Positions 53,101 to 63,272 of a DNA stretch of 64,000 nt are shown piece after piece (within the stretch, counting starts at the first letter, position 1; each line of letters opens with the position of its first letter). Origin of the DNA: Orbicella franksi (lineage: Eukaryota); assembly GCA_964199315.1 (NCBI GenBank), contig OZ116707.1, positions 30,690,001 to 30,754,000 of the forward strand, read 5' to 3'. The notes beneath the pieces are model-generated. The model searched no databases. It was given only the letters and a program-made list of their open reading frames with translations, and had not been told where the DNA came from. A program made the position numbers and the translations under genes.

Positions 53101-56100
53101 CTGATTTACGAAAACTACAAACACATGAAGAAGAAGCGCCTTGAGAAAAAGAAAAAAGTAAGAAGGTTAAGCCTTTTAAAGTTGTGCGAATTGTATCGAT
53201 TACAGATCTACTCACATTTTCTAAGTCAACTGACATTCGAGTTCTGGTAACTCAATGAAATTGCAACTCAAGAAAACTGTTTTTTGTTTTTTTTTATGTT
53301 TATTTTGAATGAGGTATTCGTATCTGTTACCAGTTCTCAGCCAATCATGTGCAATATATAACAAATTGTAAGTCAACATTTCTAAAATTTATCACGCTGC
53401 TAATTGGCCTGTTTCATAATAACAAACACTGTCATTCTCTACTCTTAAGTTCATGTGCTGTAGATCAGTTTTCTAACTGTTATGTGTCTTTTCAGAGGCC
53501 TTCATTGTTTCGTCGGCTTGTCGGAGCCCTTCGAAGTGGTAACTCTAACTCTGATGACGAAGAGGGAGAAATCGATACTCCTTCGGATTACTTGACGACA
53601 ACAAGAAGACGATCAAAGACATTAACAGCTCTTCCGACAATGTGAGTCATGTTATTGTTTAATTGAAGATTGCGAAGGTTCGAAATGCTCAATTTCTTCC
53701 ACCCTGAGGTCAAAGAAACGTTTCTCTGTTTTTGGTGCTTACTGTATGTTTTTAGCAGCTAAGATGCGTGGCAGTATTTATCTTGATACATTTAACTGAG
53801 GCGAGCAGAAACAAGTTTACGCCTCTCTGGATCAAGAAAGATCCCCAATTGCCTATTACATGATAAATATCAGTACAAAAATAAGGAAATTACGGTCGCT
53901 TTCTGTTGAAGAAAAACCAAATCCGAGTGAAAGATCAAATGAATGTTCAGCACGTTCGTCGCAAGAGTGAGACAACAAAAAAATATTTCAATTCCTGACA
54001 AGAACATGTTTTTATTTTCGACATTTATTTCAGTCAATTTCAAAGTGATTCAACTTACTAATTCACAAGATATATTCGTACATGATCTGAACGTGGTTTA
54101 TGTCTCTTGCCAATTATACAGGAGCAAAGAAAAAGAAGAAGTGTTAAATTCCAAGCGCCGGATGCATCGCTCATTAAAGTTCTTCAGTAGAAGGCCATTT
54201 GGACGATCAGACAGTTACAGTGAAGATGAAGACTTTAGAGGAATCAACAAGTCTGTTCACTTCAAGGTACAAATTAGAATCTAACTGCTGTGTGTCAAGG
54301 CATGATTGATCAAATAACTAATAAGGGATTTGTTTGTTATCTTCTTTATGTTACAGGATGCTCCGATGGATCTCACCGACATCAACCCAACTATTATCAG
54401 CACTGACACGGAAGACGAGGACCAAATTGACGGCGCATGCCCTAAACTGAAAAGGAAACCATCCAAACTCAGCTTTAAGAACCCAGTGGTAAGGTGGCTT
54501 CACTGTTAAACCCCTCAGCTTCGATATTTAAGAGGACCCTGTCATTTTCGGAATAATTTCTGCTATCATAGGAAACTCGGTGTAAGTGGTGTTATTTAGA
54601 CAAGGCACTGAAACAATGACAGGGACAGATCAATCAGGAAGTAAGGATGATAGATGAAGATGGCCAGGACTGAAATGCACTACAATGTGTTCAAGCCCTG
54701 AGAGCTTCTTAATTATCGCCGGTTTTTTGGGAGAGCTTTGCATAGCCTGCAGAACAGGCGGATTTCGCTCTAGCCTTTCGCTCTCTGTCCCGCTAATCGG
54801 CCTGTTCTGCAGGCTAAGCTTTGCAAAACACCGACGTCACTGATCACTGACTAGATTTTCACTTTTCTGTCTCTTTGTATACACAAGACAGAACCAAAAT
54901 TCCAATTTAGATGACCTGATAATGCTATTACTTGTAGCTTCTGTAAAACCGGAATTCTCACTACATATTCCGCTTCTAATCAACAATGATTTAGATAAAC
55001 ATATACAGGCAAAAACTAACGATAGATAAATCCGACGTTTCGGCGACATCTTGGCGCCATTGTCAAGGGAAACTAATTAAATATGCGATTTCAAGAGTAA
55101 CTAAGAGTTCAGAGTTTCTAATTTGCATAAGTTAGACAAAGACTTTAGCGCGAACTGAGTCTGATTGTACATTTAAACACGGTCGTAATTGTTTAATGAG
55201 TAACATCTCATTAATGAGACAATCAAACTTGTTGTGGCATTTTTTCAACACGCTAAAACAATTGCGAAGGTCATCCGGAATCCTGCCTGCGTGTCTATTA
55301 TCATAGTGATTGCGTTGATGGACATAGAAGCAAGACCTCGTCAGTACGCAATCACTATGTTAATAGACACGCAGGCAGGATTCCGGATGACCTTCGCAAT
55401 TGTTTTAGCGTGTTGAAAAAATGCCACAACAAGTTTGATTGTCTCATTAATGAGATGTTACTCATTAAACAATTACGACCGTGTTTAAATGTACAATCAG
55501 ACTCAGTTCGCGCTAAAGTCTTTGTCTAACTTATGCAAATTAGAAACTCTGAACTCTTAGTTACTCTTGAAATCGCATATTTAATTAGTTTCCCTTGACA
55601 ATGGCGCCAAGATGTCGCCGAAACGTCGGATTTATCTATCGTTAGTTTTTGCCTGTATATATATATATTCCGCTTCACTTGGTTATTAAGCGCCAGATAA
55701 TGAACTTGTTATGCCTTCTACTTATTATCCTTGATCTACTTTTAATTTCTTGTTTCAATTTAAAATAATGAGTAAGTTTAAGGCACTGATAATATAACGG
55801 ATAATAATTTTAAGGGTATAATAAAACCTACTGTAAGGGCTATTTTCTGCCGTCACATCCTAACTGCTAATTAACATTTAACACCATTCTGCATTTCCCT
55901 TTCTTCAGAAAATGAACGTCAACGACCTAAATTAAACTCGGGTGAAAATAATGTTTGGATAAATCTTACACTCCTCGAGTTTAATAGAGCAAAACACGCA
56001 CAGTGAATTTGAATTATAAAAAATGCAAATATAGCTATAGGAGTGAAGAGCAGGCACAGAATTACAATAACAAAGAATTTTCTTTTCTCATTTGAACCAT

Positions 56101-57661
56101 ACTTTTCAGCCAAAAGGAGAGACGATTGAAATGGAGTGCATGCTTCCCTACGGTTAGTCGCTTGAACTAATACTGACATTTATTTCACCTGCTAGTCAGT
56201 TTTCAGTGACAATATCTTAATGACCGATCGATCATGTGAAGTCTGTAAGATCAGTAACATCTTCAAACATTTTTGAGAGGATAACTTGTTAACAGTCGGT
56301 ACCACACTAACATCCACGGCAAAACACACCCAGTATAATAATTTCAACTTAAGGATTAAACCAAACCATTATAATAACCATTGTCACAGTAATGAAGGAA
56401 ACATTATGGGCAAACTATCAAATAAGAGTGGTATAGAGCATATTATATCTGGAGCAAGAACTCGCTCCAACAACAGGTCTTATTCAGCAGCCGTCATGGT
56501 GCAGAACGTACGTTTGAAGAAGGCTGCATTACGCCAGTTATAAATCATGAAGATTAAATCAGACTGATTTAAGAAATACGTTAATTATCAAACCTATGGT
56601 AATAATTTTCTTCCGATCGACCAATCAATAAGAGAAAAGTTAGTTGATGAGTTATCGTTTGAAGTGCTGGTCGGATAGCATTTCCTCTATTAAGTAGAAT
56701 CACACCATCCAACCCCATTTGTAGTTATCGAACCAATTTTGAAATCAGGTCTAGAACTGTTAAATCAAAACCGACTTTCACCAATGTTGTGCCAATGTTG
56801 CATCAATTTTGGATCAGTGTTGGATTCACGTAGAAATGTCTGTCACTGAAAAGCACCATAATGCACCTCTGAGGTCCTGAGGTCCTGAGTTCCTGATAAA
56901 TCGCTATCCGAAGAAGTATTGTGAACAAAATCAACTATGCCACCGGTACAACCTGGGTCCGATAGGTACATATAGCATATCAGGAGTGTAGGATAGAGCT
57001 GTAGCTTTTTTCCTTTTCTAGTTCAGCGTGCCGTAGCCAATTAGAACATGTTTTCATATTAACCAATTAGACGCACGATCAAAACCTGCTCGCTCGAGTG
57101 TGTTTCCATCCCTTTGCAGCAGTCTCATGGCTTTGCTAAGAATTCTATTTGGCTCATTGTCCTATGTGGTGGCAAAACAATTTGTTCAAGTTAGCTTTGC
57201 TTTGTTTTTGCCACAATCTTTCAAAAGTTGCTAATTCTTCTTTGTGTCATTTGCAGGCTCTGGAAGACGAGATGGAGACAGCAAGTTCTGAGAGTCGCTC
57301 ACGTTCTTCCACCGGACTTTCCTCCCCACTCTCTCTACCCATGGTGAAAATAGAAGTGACATCACCACAGCCATCTGGTGCTCAGGGGCCTGGAGAGGAG
57401 TCGGCCCAAAGATTAGCAGGAGATCGATCGTTAATGCTTCTTGATTTCCCGGATGTGATTAAATCAGCAGAAAGCAGTCCTCGACACTCGCTGATACCAC
57501 TTAGTGAATTTTACGAGTCACAAGGAAGAACGTTAAATGATCGAAGAACTAGAGAAATAATCAATCAAATAAATGTTGAAGTAGCGCAAGCGGTTAACAG
57601 AGGACAAAGTCCGTATTATATTTATGGAATAATGGACAATGACGAAGAAACCTGGTGCTGA
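22642..57661 (+). CDS. CACNA1A/CACNA1B-like (Cav2): Voltage-gated calcium channel alpha1 subunit, Cav2 (P/Q, N, R-type family), ~1894 aa, 44 coding exons
   Basis: Exons: 22642-22844, 23349-23454, 23698-23837, 28430-28563, 30414-30566, 30987-31198, 31564-31676, 32046-32161, 32705-32752, 33075-33183, 33649-33821, 34319-34431, 34725-34834, 35132-35263, 35619-35691, 35772-35895, 36522-36786, 37289-37322, 37442-37547, 37988-38117, 38383-38512, 38686-38745, 39126-39232, 39702-39804, 40435-40542, 40671-40723, 41303-41363, 41558-41658, 42281-42482, 43268-43432, 43850-43957, 45926-46006, 46221-46361, 48651-48716, 49088-49185, 49436-49580, 50288-50415, 50768-50864, 51508-51712, 53054-53157, 53496-53641, 54122-54266, 54357-54488, 57257-57661. 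Total 5685 nt, all phases consistent. Four S4 segments (e.g. [46 protein letters not shown]); pore loops TMEGW/TGEDW/TGEGW/TGENW (EEEE); AID-like [10 protein letters not shown]; [18 protein letters not shown] (Cav2-type); ends in ETWC-stop. Confidence 0.96.
22845..23348 (+). other. U12-type (minor spliceosome) GT-AG intron, Cav2 intron 1
   Basis: 5' site GTATCCTTT; branch-like TTCGTTAAC just upstream of TCTTAGTCCAG; joins ESK|KFEYF in frame. Confidence 0.85.
24521..24592 (+). repeat. (GAAT)18 microsatellite
   Basis: Directly visible perfect tetranucleotide array. Confidence 0.97.
25036..25224 (+). repeat. Tandem duplication, ~97-bp period, two copies
   Basis: TTTTTTAGCTTTCTTGCTTGAATGAAAGCC...GGCAAGACAACTCGTGTT repeated with about 2 substitutions. 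Confidence 0.9.
29151..29176 (+). repeat. (TAA)n microsatellite, probably a retroelement tail on the minus strand
   Basis: TAATAATAA run abutting a LINE-like 3' end. A similar (AAT)n run lies at 61655-61697. Confidence 0.85.
29252..29660 (+). mobile_element. Decayed 5' part of an APE-type LINE (CR1/L2-group) ORF2 with a degenerate 2A-like motif
   Basis: [16 protein letters not shown]...RGLKIA resembles LLL-x-GDV(E/S)LNPGP...GLKI preceding APE endonucleases. An inverted LINE-like 3' end with (TTA)n tail is adjacent at 29151-29240. Confidence 0.55.
33262..33570 (+). mobile_element. Hairpin-ended non-autonomous repeat
   Basis: CTCATTGGC near the 5' end; long hairpin ~33400-33560 centred on GGATCCAC...GTGGATCC. 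Confidence 0.5.
33649..36786 (+). CDS. Cav2 repeat II (exons 11-17)
   Basis: [18 protein letters not shown]; SAFNRFDC; [16 protein letters not shown]; [15 protein letters not shown]; [18 protein letters not shown]. Confidence 0.95.
35896..36521 (+). other. U12-type (minor spliceosome) GT-AG intron, Cav2 intron 16
   Basis: 5' site GTATCCTG; branch TTTTCTTAAC at 36499-36508 followed by CAAACTACACCAG with no polypyrimidine tract; restores GNY|[15 protein letters not shown]. Confidence 0.85.
38383..42482 (+). CDS. Cav2 repeat III (exons 21-29)
   Basis: AIEDPV; [10 protein letters not shown]; [13 protein letters not shown]; FNFDNV...STGEGWP; [20 protein letters not shown]. Confidence 0.95.
42524..42961. 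mobile_element. piggyBac-like MITE
   Basis: TTAA|CCCTTAGAAT ... ATTCAAAGGG|TTAA. Confidence 0.75.
43268..57661 (+). CDS. Cav2 repeat IV and C-terminal tail (exons 30-44)
   Basis: [11 protein letters not shown]; YAVIGMQLFG; STGENW; [40 protein letters not shown]; [15 protein letters not shown] (IQ-like); NDEETWC-stop. Confidence 0.93.
44080..45470. mobile_element. Kolobok-like internally deleted DNA transposon (1391 bp)
   Basis: TTAA|GGTTACCGTATACCTT ... AAGGTATACAGTAACC|TTAA (16-bp TIR, 1 mismatch). Residual basic/acidic ORF fragments at 44456-44994. Confidence 0.75.
46922..47620 (+). mobile_element. 5'-truncated CR1/L2-group LINE, 3' end of RT ORF2 plus 3' UTR
   Basis: [38 protein letters not shown] are typical C-terminal RT motifs; stop at 47478-47480; 3' stem-loop GGGGCAC...GTGCCCC at ~47584-47617. 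Confidence 0.8.
47743..48526. mobile_element. Tc1/mariner(pogo)-like MITE, 784 bp
   Basis: TA|CAGTGGAACCTCGATTTAACGAA ... TTCGTTAAATCAAGGTTCCACTG|TA; at least 8 internal CTCGATATAACGAA-type subterminal repeats. Confidence 0.85.
51905..52618. mobile_element. Non-autonomous element with subterminal inverted AGCGGAGCTCC/GGAGCTCCGCT, interrupted by a nested MITE
   Basis: Removing 52326-52580 rejoins ...TGTAAACAG|GAGCTCCGCT..., restoring the inverted copy of AGCGGAGCTCC at ~51919. Confidence 0.55.
52326..52577. mobile_element. PIF/Harbinger-like MITE with CAG target-site duplication
   Basis: CAG|GAACGGATTGTTCGGAAGC ... GCTTTGAACAACCCGGCC|CAG. Confidence 0.6.
54743..54816. mobile_element. 74-bp MITE with 16-bp TIR and 9-bp direct repeat (hAT- or MULE-like)
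   Basis: AGCTTTGCA|TAGCCTGCAGAACAGG ... CCTGTTCTGCAGGCTA|AGCTTTGCA. Confidence 0.8.
55001..55660. repeat. 660-bp near-perfect palindrome (two 315-bp arms, 30-nt spacer), probably an inverted Penelope-like terminal repeat pair
   Basis: 55001-55315 is the reverse complement of 55346-55660; only one mismatch seen (55301/55360). Each arm has TTGACAA-T-GGCG...CGCC-GAAAC-GTC, a hammerhead-like motif. Confidence 0.93.
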
Positions 57662-58402
57662 CGTTTTACCGTAATCTGGCATTTGAGGTTTTCATTGATC
57701 ATAAGAAAGAAAATGTCACCGAAGGGAATTGTCCAAAGAAGACCAAATGCAAAGTGGTTGGAAGTTTGGACACAAACTGAAATGCTATATTGGAGAAAAG
57801 CTGCTAACCTGGAGAGAAACTTGAACGTGTTCCAGTGGACAGGGAACCTTACACACAAGTGAATTGAAATTCAATCATTTGAGATGCAACGTTCGTTACG
57901 CTAACATATTTTTGGGAAGCAATTTTATTTTATTTCGCTGCTTTTTTTTCATAAGTTCGTTTTTGATAAATTTACTGTGCATAAAAACTGTTCTCGGACA
58001 ATAATTTTGCAAAAAAAAAAACATAAATCAGTACTATTGAGGAGGACGCTTACAGAGTATTTATCATAAGATGCATGCGGCAGGTTATATCCTCGTTAAC
58101 TTATTTTTAAAACAGGCGCTTTTTCATCGTTTTATTGATGCATATCTTCACGCTGTGCAAACATTGTTGATTAGTGAAGGTGAATTGTTATCGTCTTTTA
58201 TCTTTTATCTAATTATTGTTATGCGCATTTGAACATTTTCTATGAGATTTGCGCAATACAAGTAAGTCTTATCCATGATTACGTCACATGCTCAGGGTTA
58301 AATCTTTCTCAAACATCTCGCACTTTCGTGTTATTTGTTGCTATGGGAATTTGTTCATGATAAAATTTACACTGAGTTTGCATTTTAAAGGCTTGGTGGT
58401 GA

Positions 58403-58639
58403 AATAACGAAGCGCGCGAAGTCTAAAAATAGAATGCAAATTATTGAAACCCCCCGAGAGTCAGACAACATAAGCGTGTTCTGAGAGAAATAGGAAGAAA
58501 AAGAACGCCAAATTTTCGTTTTAAAAATTGTTTTAGGAACACTTGCTTACGCACTTGAAAAAGCGTCAAATTTTCTACCATTCCGTTTTGTTTGTCAGAG
58601 TTTGTCTGAGTTATGAAGTCACTCGCGCGCTTCGCTATT
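58403..58639. mobile_element. MITE-like element with ~18-bp TIR
   Basis: AATAACGAAGCGCGCGAAGT ... ACTCGCGCGCTTCGCTATT. Confidence 0.55.
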
Positions 58640-58644
58640 AGCTA

Positions 58645-58950
58645 CTTAGTATATTCTCAGCTCCGACTATTGCATTTCTAGCTCTCTGATTGGCTCAAAA
58701 ACTCCGACTATGAGCCATTAGTCGGAGTTTTACCTTATATGGAAAACAGTGCGCCAAGTTTAAAAATTTTCCGCTCTGTAAAATTGTTGAAATAAAAATC
58801 GGCGGCAAAAACCCGATTAAGAATATACTAAAACAATTATTCCATTCGACCTTGTTGGATATGAAGTGATCATAACCAACTCGCGCTACGCGCCCGTTGG
58901 TTATTTATCACTTCATATCCAACGCGGTTTCATGGAATAATTGTTAAATA
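58645..58950 (+). mobile_element. Hairpin-ended non-autonomous repeat
   Basis: CTGATTGGC near the 5' end; hairpin GTTGGATATGAAGTGAT...ATCACTTCATATCCAAC with CGCGCTACGCGC loop. Confidence 0.5.
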
Positions 58951-60877
58951 GTCTGTTGTCAACATGCATAAGAATTATCGTGTTGTTACTATTGTTATAT
59001 ATTATATAATTAGCCAAACAAACACCACGAGAGCCGAGAGGATAAACAACTCACAGTACCGCTCCTCAATACTTCATACCATACAAATGACACTTTCTTC
59101 ACGCCAACTGACGGTTTTAAAGTTGACCAAGGATAGCCAGCTATTACTTGCCGTTCCATCACAAAGACTAACCGAGCAAAATACATTACTGCGTAAAACA
59201 TGCTCTGTATGAGCCGTTTTAAAATAAACCGCATTTACACAGTTAAACGCTGGTGTGAAAGGGATATAAGTAAAGGATGGAAATTTTCTAACAATAGCGA
59301 TTTTTTTATTATTATCAGCACCTTACTGCGTTTTTGTGTGTTGTCCCTGCTAATGCTTATGCCCTGAGAAAGTCTGCCTTTACAATGTACAGTTTTTCCT
59401 TAGTAAACAAAAAGCTAGGTCGCTTTTCGCTGAAATTTTTGGAAAATAGGCTTTTATTGTACAGGTGTGACTAAAAACTAAAGGAAAAAGTGATTTCCAT
59501 TTTCATCACATTTATTGTCTTTATAAATTTAATTTATTTCAATTATCGTGCCCGATATTTGATTTATCCTATACATATATACATTTCTGTTAAGATAAAT
59601 AATGTTTTGTAAAACAATATATGGAGATTAAAATTGGATTTTGTACTTAATACAAGTCTCAGGGTTATTTTTTCAGTCGTTTTTTATTCCTTTCACAATG
59701 CCTTGAGTAACCGTGATTGAAAAGACGACACGCACTGTATAGGGGTTGAACCCGGGTGGGAGTACATGCTCAGAACATGCTCAGTACGCCTCTCTCCCAC
59801 CAGAAGAGCCCCTATACAGCACGAGTAAGGAAGTCCTCAGGGACTGGGCATCAGCAAATTTTGCTTATAACAAATTACTGATTAGTCTGCAGTGGTTCGG
59901 TGCGCGAAAGGAGTACGAGGTGTCTTGTTATAGAGGACTGGGGGCGCTTCAATTAAAAGAGTCCAGTTTGGGTGCCATGATACCAATTTTCTGTTTAAAA
60001 ATATGTTTTAAGCTTTACATAATATCAGAAGTAAAAATAAATTGTTACTGTTGTTGCCGTCAGAAGTGGGCCTTTCATTGGCGTGTTCTTTCTAACCTTC
60101 CAAGCCGTTCATGTGCAGATGTATTTTTGCCCTAATCCTCCAGTATAACCAACCTGAGAACTTGCACGGTATAACACTTCTAATTTGTTAACGGTGGAGC
60201 TACCGGTAGCTGGTTTCACAGGGAAGCAAACAGCTATTATTAAAGAACATCTTTGTTTTAAAACAGATGCTAGACGAGATGTGATCAGAATTTTGTCAAA
60301 TGCGAATGGATTGTCGTCAAATATAACGTAGGAATCTATCTACACACTATGAAGGCCTTCGATGGTCGGTTTGCTGCTGGCATGAAATTTTCTGTCGAAT
60401 TTATTCACACAGTTTTGGGATTCTTGAACGATTACGATATTAATTAATTTCTGGTTACGCACGTGGTTCTGGTCAAGTCTCTATATCTAAGCTTTTTGTC
60501 TACAATTTGTCAGCTGGTAATTCCTTAAAGATAAACTGAGCAGCAAGCAAGATCGCCCAGATCAAAATCTATTTACATTCAACAATTTTTTTATCATTTT
60601 TACATGGCTATACCTTAAAAAAATAAGCTGATAAATCCTATTAGTTTTGTATATAAAATAAGGAGGTACCTTCACGATATAAAAGTGTCCAATGTTTTCT
60701 TTTTTTTATATTACACCATATTCCAACACCTTGATTTACCTTGTATTAAGATTTTTATGTTTTATGCCTCATTGACTGCTCCCGGTTGCCGAAGCGTAGA
60801 GGACAAAGCGTGCGGTCTTCGCTTGAAACGATTGTCTATAACCATGCAATCGTTAACAGTCTTCTCCCATTTATCAC

Positions 60878-61302
60878 CTTGACACATGTGCAACGTCAAA
60901 ACTTATTCTCGTAGGGTATGATGGAAGCATTTGGCAAAGGTTTTCACTGAAACAAGCTACACCGTAACAGTTTTGTCCGCCGTACGACATCATGGCAAGA
61001 TCACAATGTTCCACATCGCAGCATTTATCGATACATTCCTTCATGTCTTGAACCTTGCCAAGTTGTTTAAAGTGATCTGGCTTGAGAGATGCCTCGGTTT
61101 GTTGCTTTTCTGAAGAAGTAGGCGGTGTACATTTGTGTTTGGGAATAGAGTTGCAGTCAGCCACGAAAATTACTGCCGGAGAAACAACATGAGATCAAAC
61201 GTGTCAGTGGCAGGACAATAATGAAGATTTAACGGAAAAAAAAACCTCTAACTCACCCTGTACAAAGGCCAGAAGCGTAAACGTTAACCTCAACAAGGTC
61301 AT
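60878..61302 (-). CDS. Signal peptide + MANEC/MANSC-domain protein (first two coding exons; 3' end not firmly located)
   Basis: Exon 61302-61257 MTLLRLTFTLLAFVQ with donor G|GTGAGT. 84-nt intron, then acceptor CCGGCAG|TAATTTTC. Exon 61172-60878 contains CIDKCCDVEHCDLAMMSYGGQNCYGVACFSENLC and ends at donor AG|GTGATA. Confidence 0.8.
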
Positions 61303-61996
61303 TTCCTTTTTGTTTTCAGTGAGTAGTTCACGCGTTTACACAAGCACTGATCACAACACTGAATTCAATGAGCTGTTCATGCGATATTCTTGCTATTTGG
61401 CCCGCGTAACACTATAGTAGCAGGTGTCACCGGCTTTAGTAAATAGCGACGCTGATTGGTTGTTGGACTGACACGCCACCTGGCCACGTTTAGGTACCAA
61501 AAGACTTTTTGCACAAATATTCTGCTAACCATATTTCTATTGGTATGTTTGTGACCCTTGAGAGGCAACTTTTAAAATTCTTGCCTTTACTTGTCTGCCT
61601 CTACGTAGCTTTAGTTCCACTAGCCAGAGAATAACAAAAATAAAAATAACATAATAATAAAAAATAAATAATAATAATAGTAATAATAATAATAATAAGG
61701 TTCTTAAAAAGGTATTAGTCACATCACGAGGTCACAAGGGAAAGGGTTTGGATTGTAACACGTGCAAACATCCTTGACAATTTTCAATCTTAAGCCATGA
61801 TCTTTGAGAAAAAATGTTGAAATATTTTGCGAGTAATACTTTTTGTTCCCTGCAAGTCTTCACAACCCCATTGACCCACTACTGCAAGCTTTTAACCTCT
61901 CCTGTGTCTCTGTAGCGTAAAGTAGCTAGAAGTGTCGGTACTCTCTGGTTACTTTCAGTAGAGTAATGTTTCTACCCTTCAAAGTGATTATTATAA

Positions 61997-62075
61997 GGTT
62001 AGAGCGTCCGGCTAGATCACGGAGGGTCGTGAGCTCAAATCCCATCTGGAACTCGGATTTTTTTCCGAGTTGATG
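61997..62075 (+). mobile_element. tRNA-derived SINE head fragment
   Basis: GGTTAGAGCGTCCGG...GGTCGTGAGCTCAAATCCC (degenerate A/B boxes) followed by hairpin ACTCGGATTTTTTTCCGAGT; no acceptor stem. Confidence 0.45.
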
Positions 62076-63272
62076 TTATTTTTACATTTAATAGTAGTTT
62101 TTCCACGAGCCAAATTGAAAGGAAGTTTTCACAAAAGAATATTAAGTTCGCTATTAAATATTGAGCGTTTGTTTTCGAGGTTAAAAGGTGTCAAAACCTC
62201 CCCCCAAAACTTAACTATAGCAGAGCTCGTCAACTGCGTGATTTTTTCCGGCATTCCTGAATTTTGTTTCTAAAAGGAGCTGGAGTTTCCAAGCAGATTC
62301 CTTGCTTAATTTGTGTTTTCAAAACACTGAAAACGAAACTCTAAACAGACAATGAGTGATGAGAAACTTGACAAAAGCGTTGAAGAAGACACAAGCATAA
62401 ACATAAGCTGGTCTACACAATTTGTGCTTCGTGTAGATTACTGTAACTGGAAAAATACCTCCTGGATTTTGGCAGAGTATGGTTACGGTTACTGATGCCT
62501 AATCGTACCGTTTGTGGCACGCTTTGGCGACATGCAGGCTGTTTGGCGCAACCAAACTCGGCTGACATGTCGTCGAACTGTAACAAAAAGTTGCGATTAG
62601 GTATAAAAATCAAACTCAAAACTGAGAATATGTGGCCTGTGTGAAGATATAACATTTCCTTATAGTCTCAGTGGCAAGTGCGGGTGTTTTTCTATGTATT
62701 ATGTGAGATGTCAACTCCATCCAGCCGTTATAGAACAACAATATCTAAGCAGGCCAGTTCTAGCTACAATCAAAGATTTCTTTATCTTCGCATCGTCTAC
62801 GACCTAAACAGCTTGTAAAACTGCATTGTCGATGATTCCTTACAGAGAATTATTGGAACAACTTTACGACCCTGTAACAGGCAATCTTTATTTATATTTT
62901 TTTGACAGATGCAGAGACAACAATTTTCTTTCGCAGTGGCCATAACACCCTTAAACAGTTCATATCCGTTCGTGTGTCGTTTGTCACCTTTTAAATTTTG
63001 TTTGTTCTGTTGGTTCCAAGCCGAGTTTCGTTTGAACTGAAACTCTCGATTTAGTCGTAAAATAAATGTTGCACAAAATTGTCGTGGCTGCCCGATTGTC
63101 AGATCTTTGGTTGACTGGTCATGCAGTACAAAAGCACCTGTCTGTATAAGACATTCTGGATACGCTTTTTGTTCGATATCAAATATACTTGCTCTTTTCA
63201 CGGCCTAGTAAGTAAACTGCTGACTGGTTCCACTGTCTCGTCTGTGCCAAACTTCAAAGTTGTATCGAAGAA

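Noticed and set aside
55316-55345. Third hammerhead in the palindrome loop (minus-strand CTGACGA GGTC...)
   Set aside because: No downstream GAAA core or stem III; at best a truncated half.
57659-57661. Selenocysteine recoding of the Cav2 TGA
   Set aside because: No SECIS-like element recognised downstream, and WC-stop is the conserved Cav2 terminus.
61997-62075. tRNA gene
   Set aside because: No acceptor stem or full cloverleaf and a degenerate B box; better explained as a SINE head.
62797-63201. 134-aa minus-strand ORF between the two MANEC genes
   Set aside because: No recognisable motif or splice partners; it lies in the presumed promoter/5' UTR region, and the start is a TTG.
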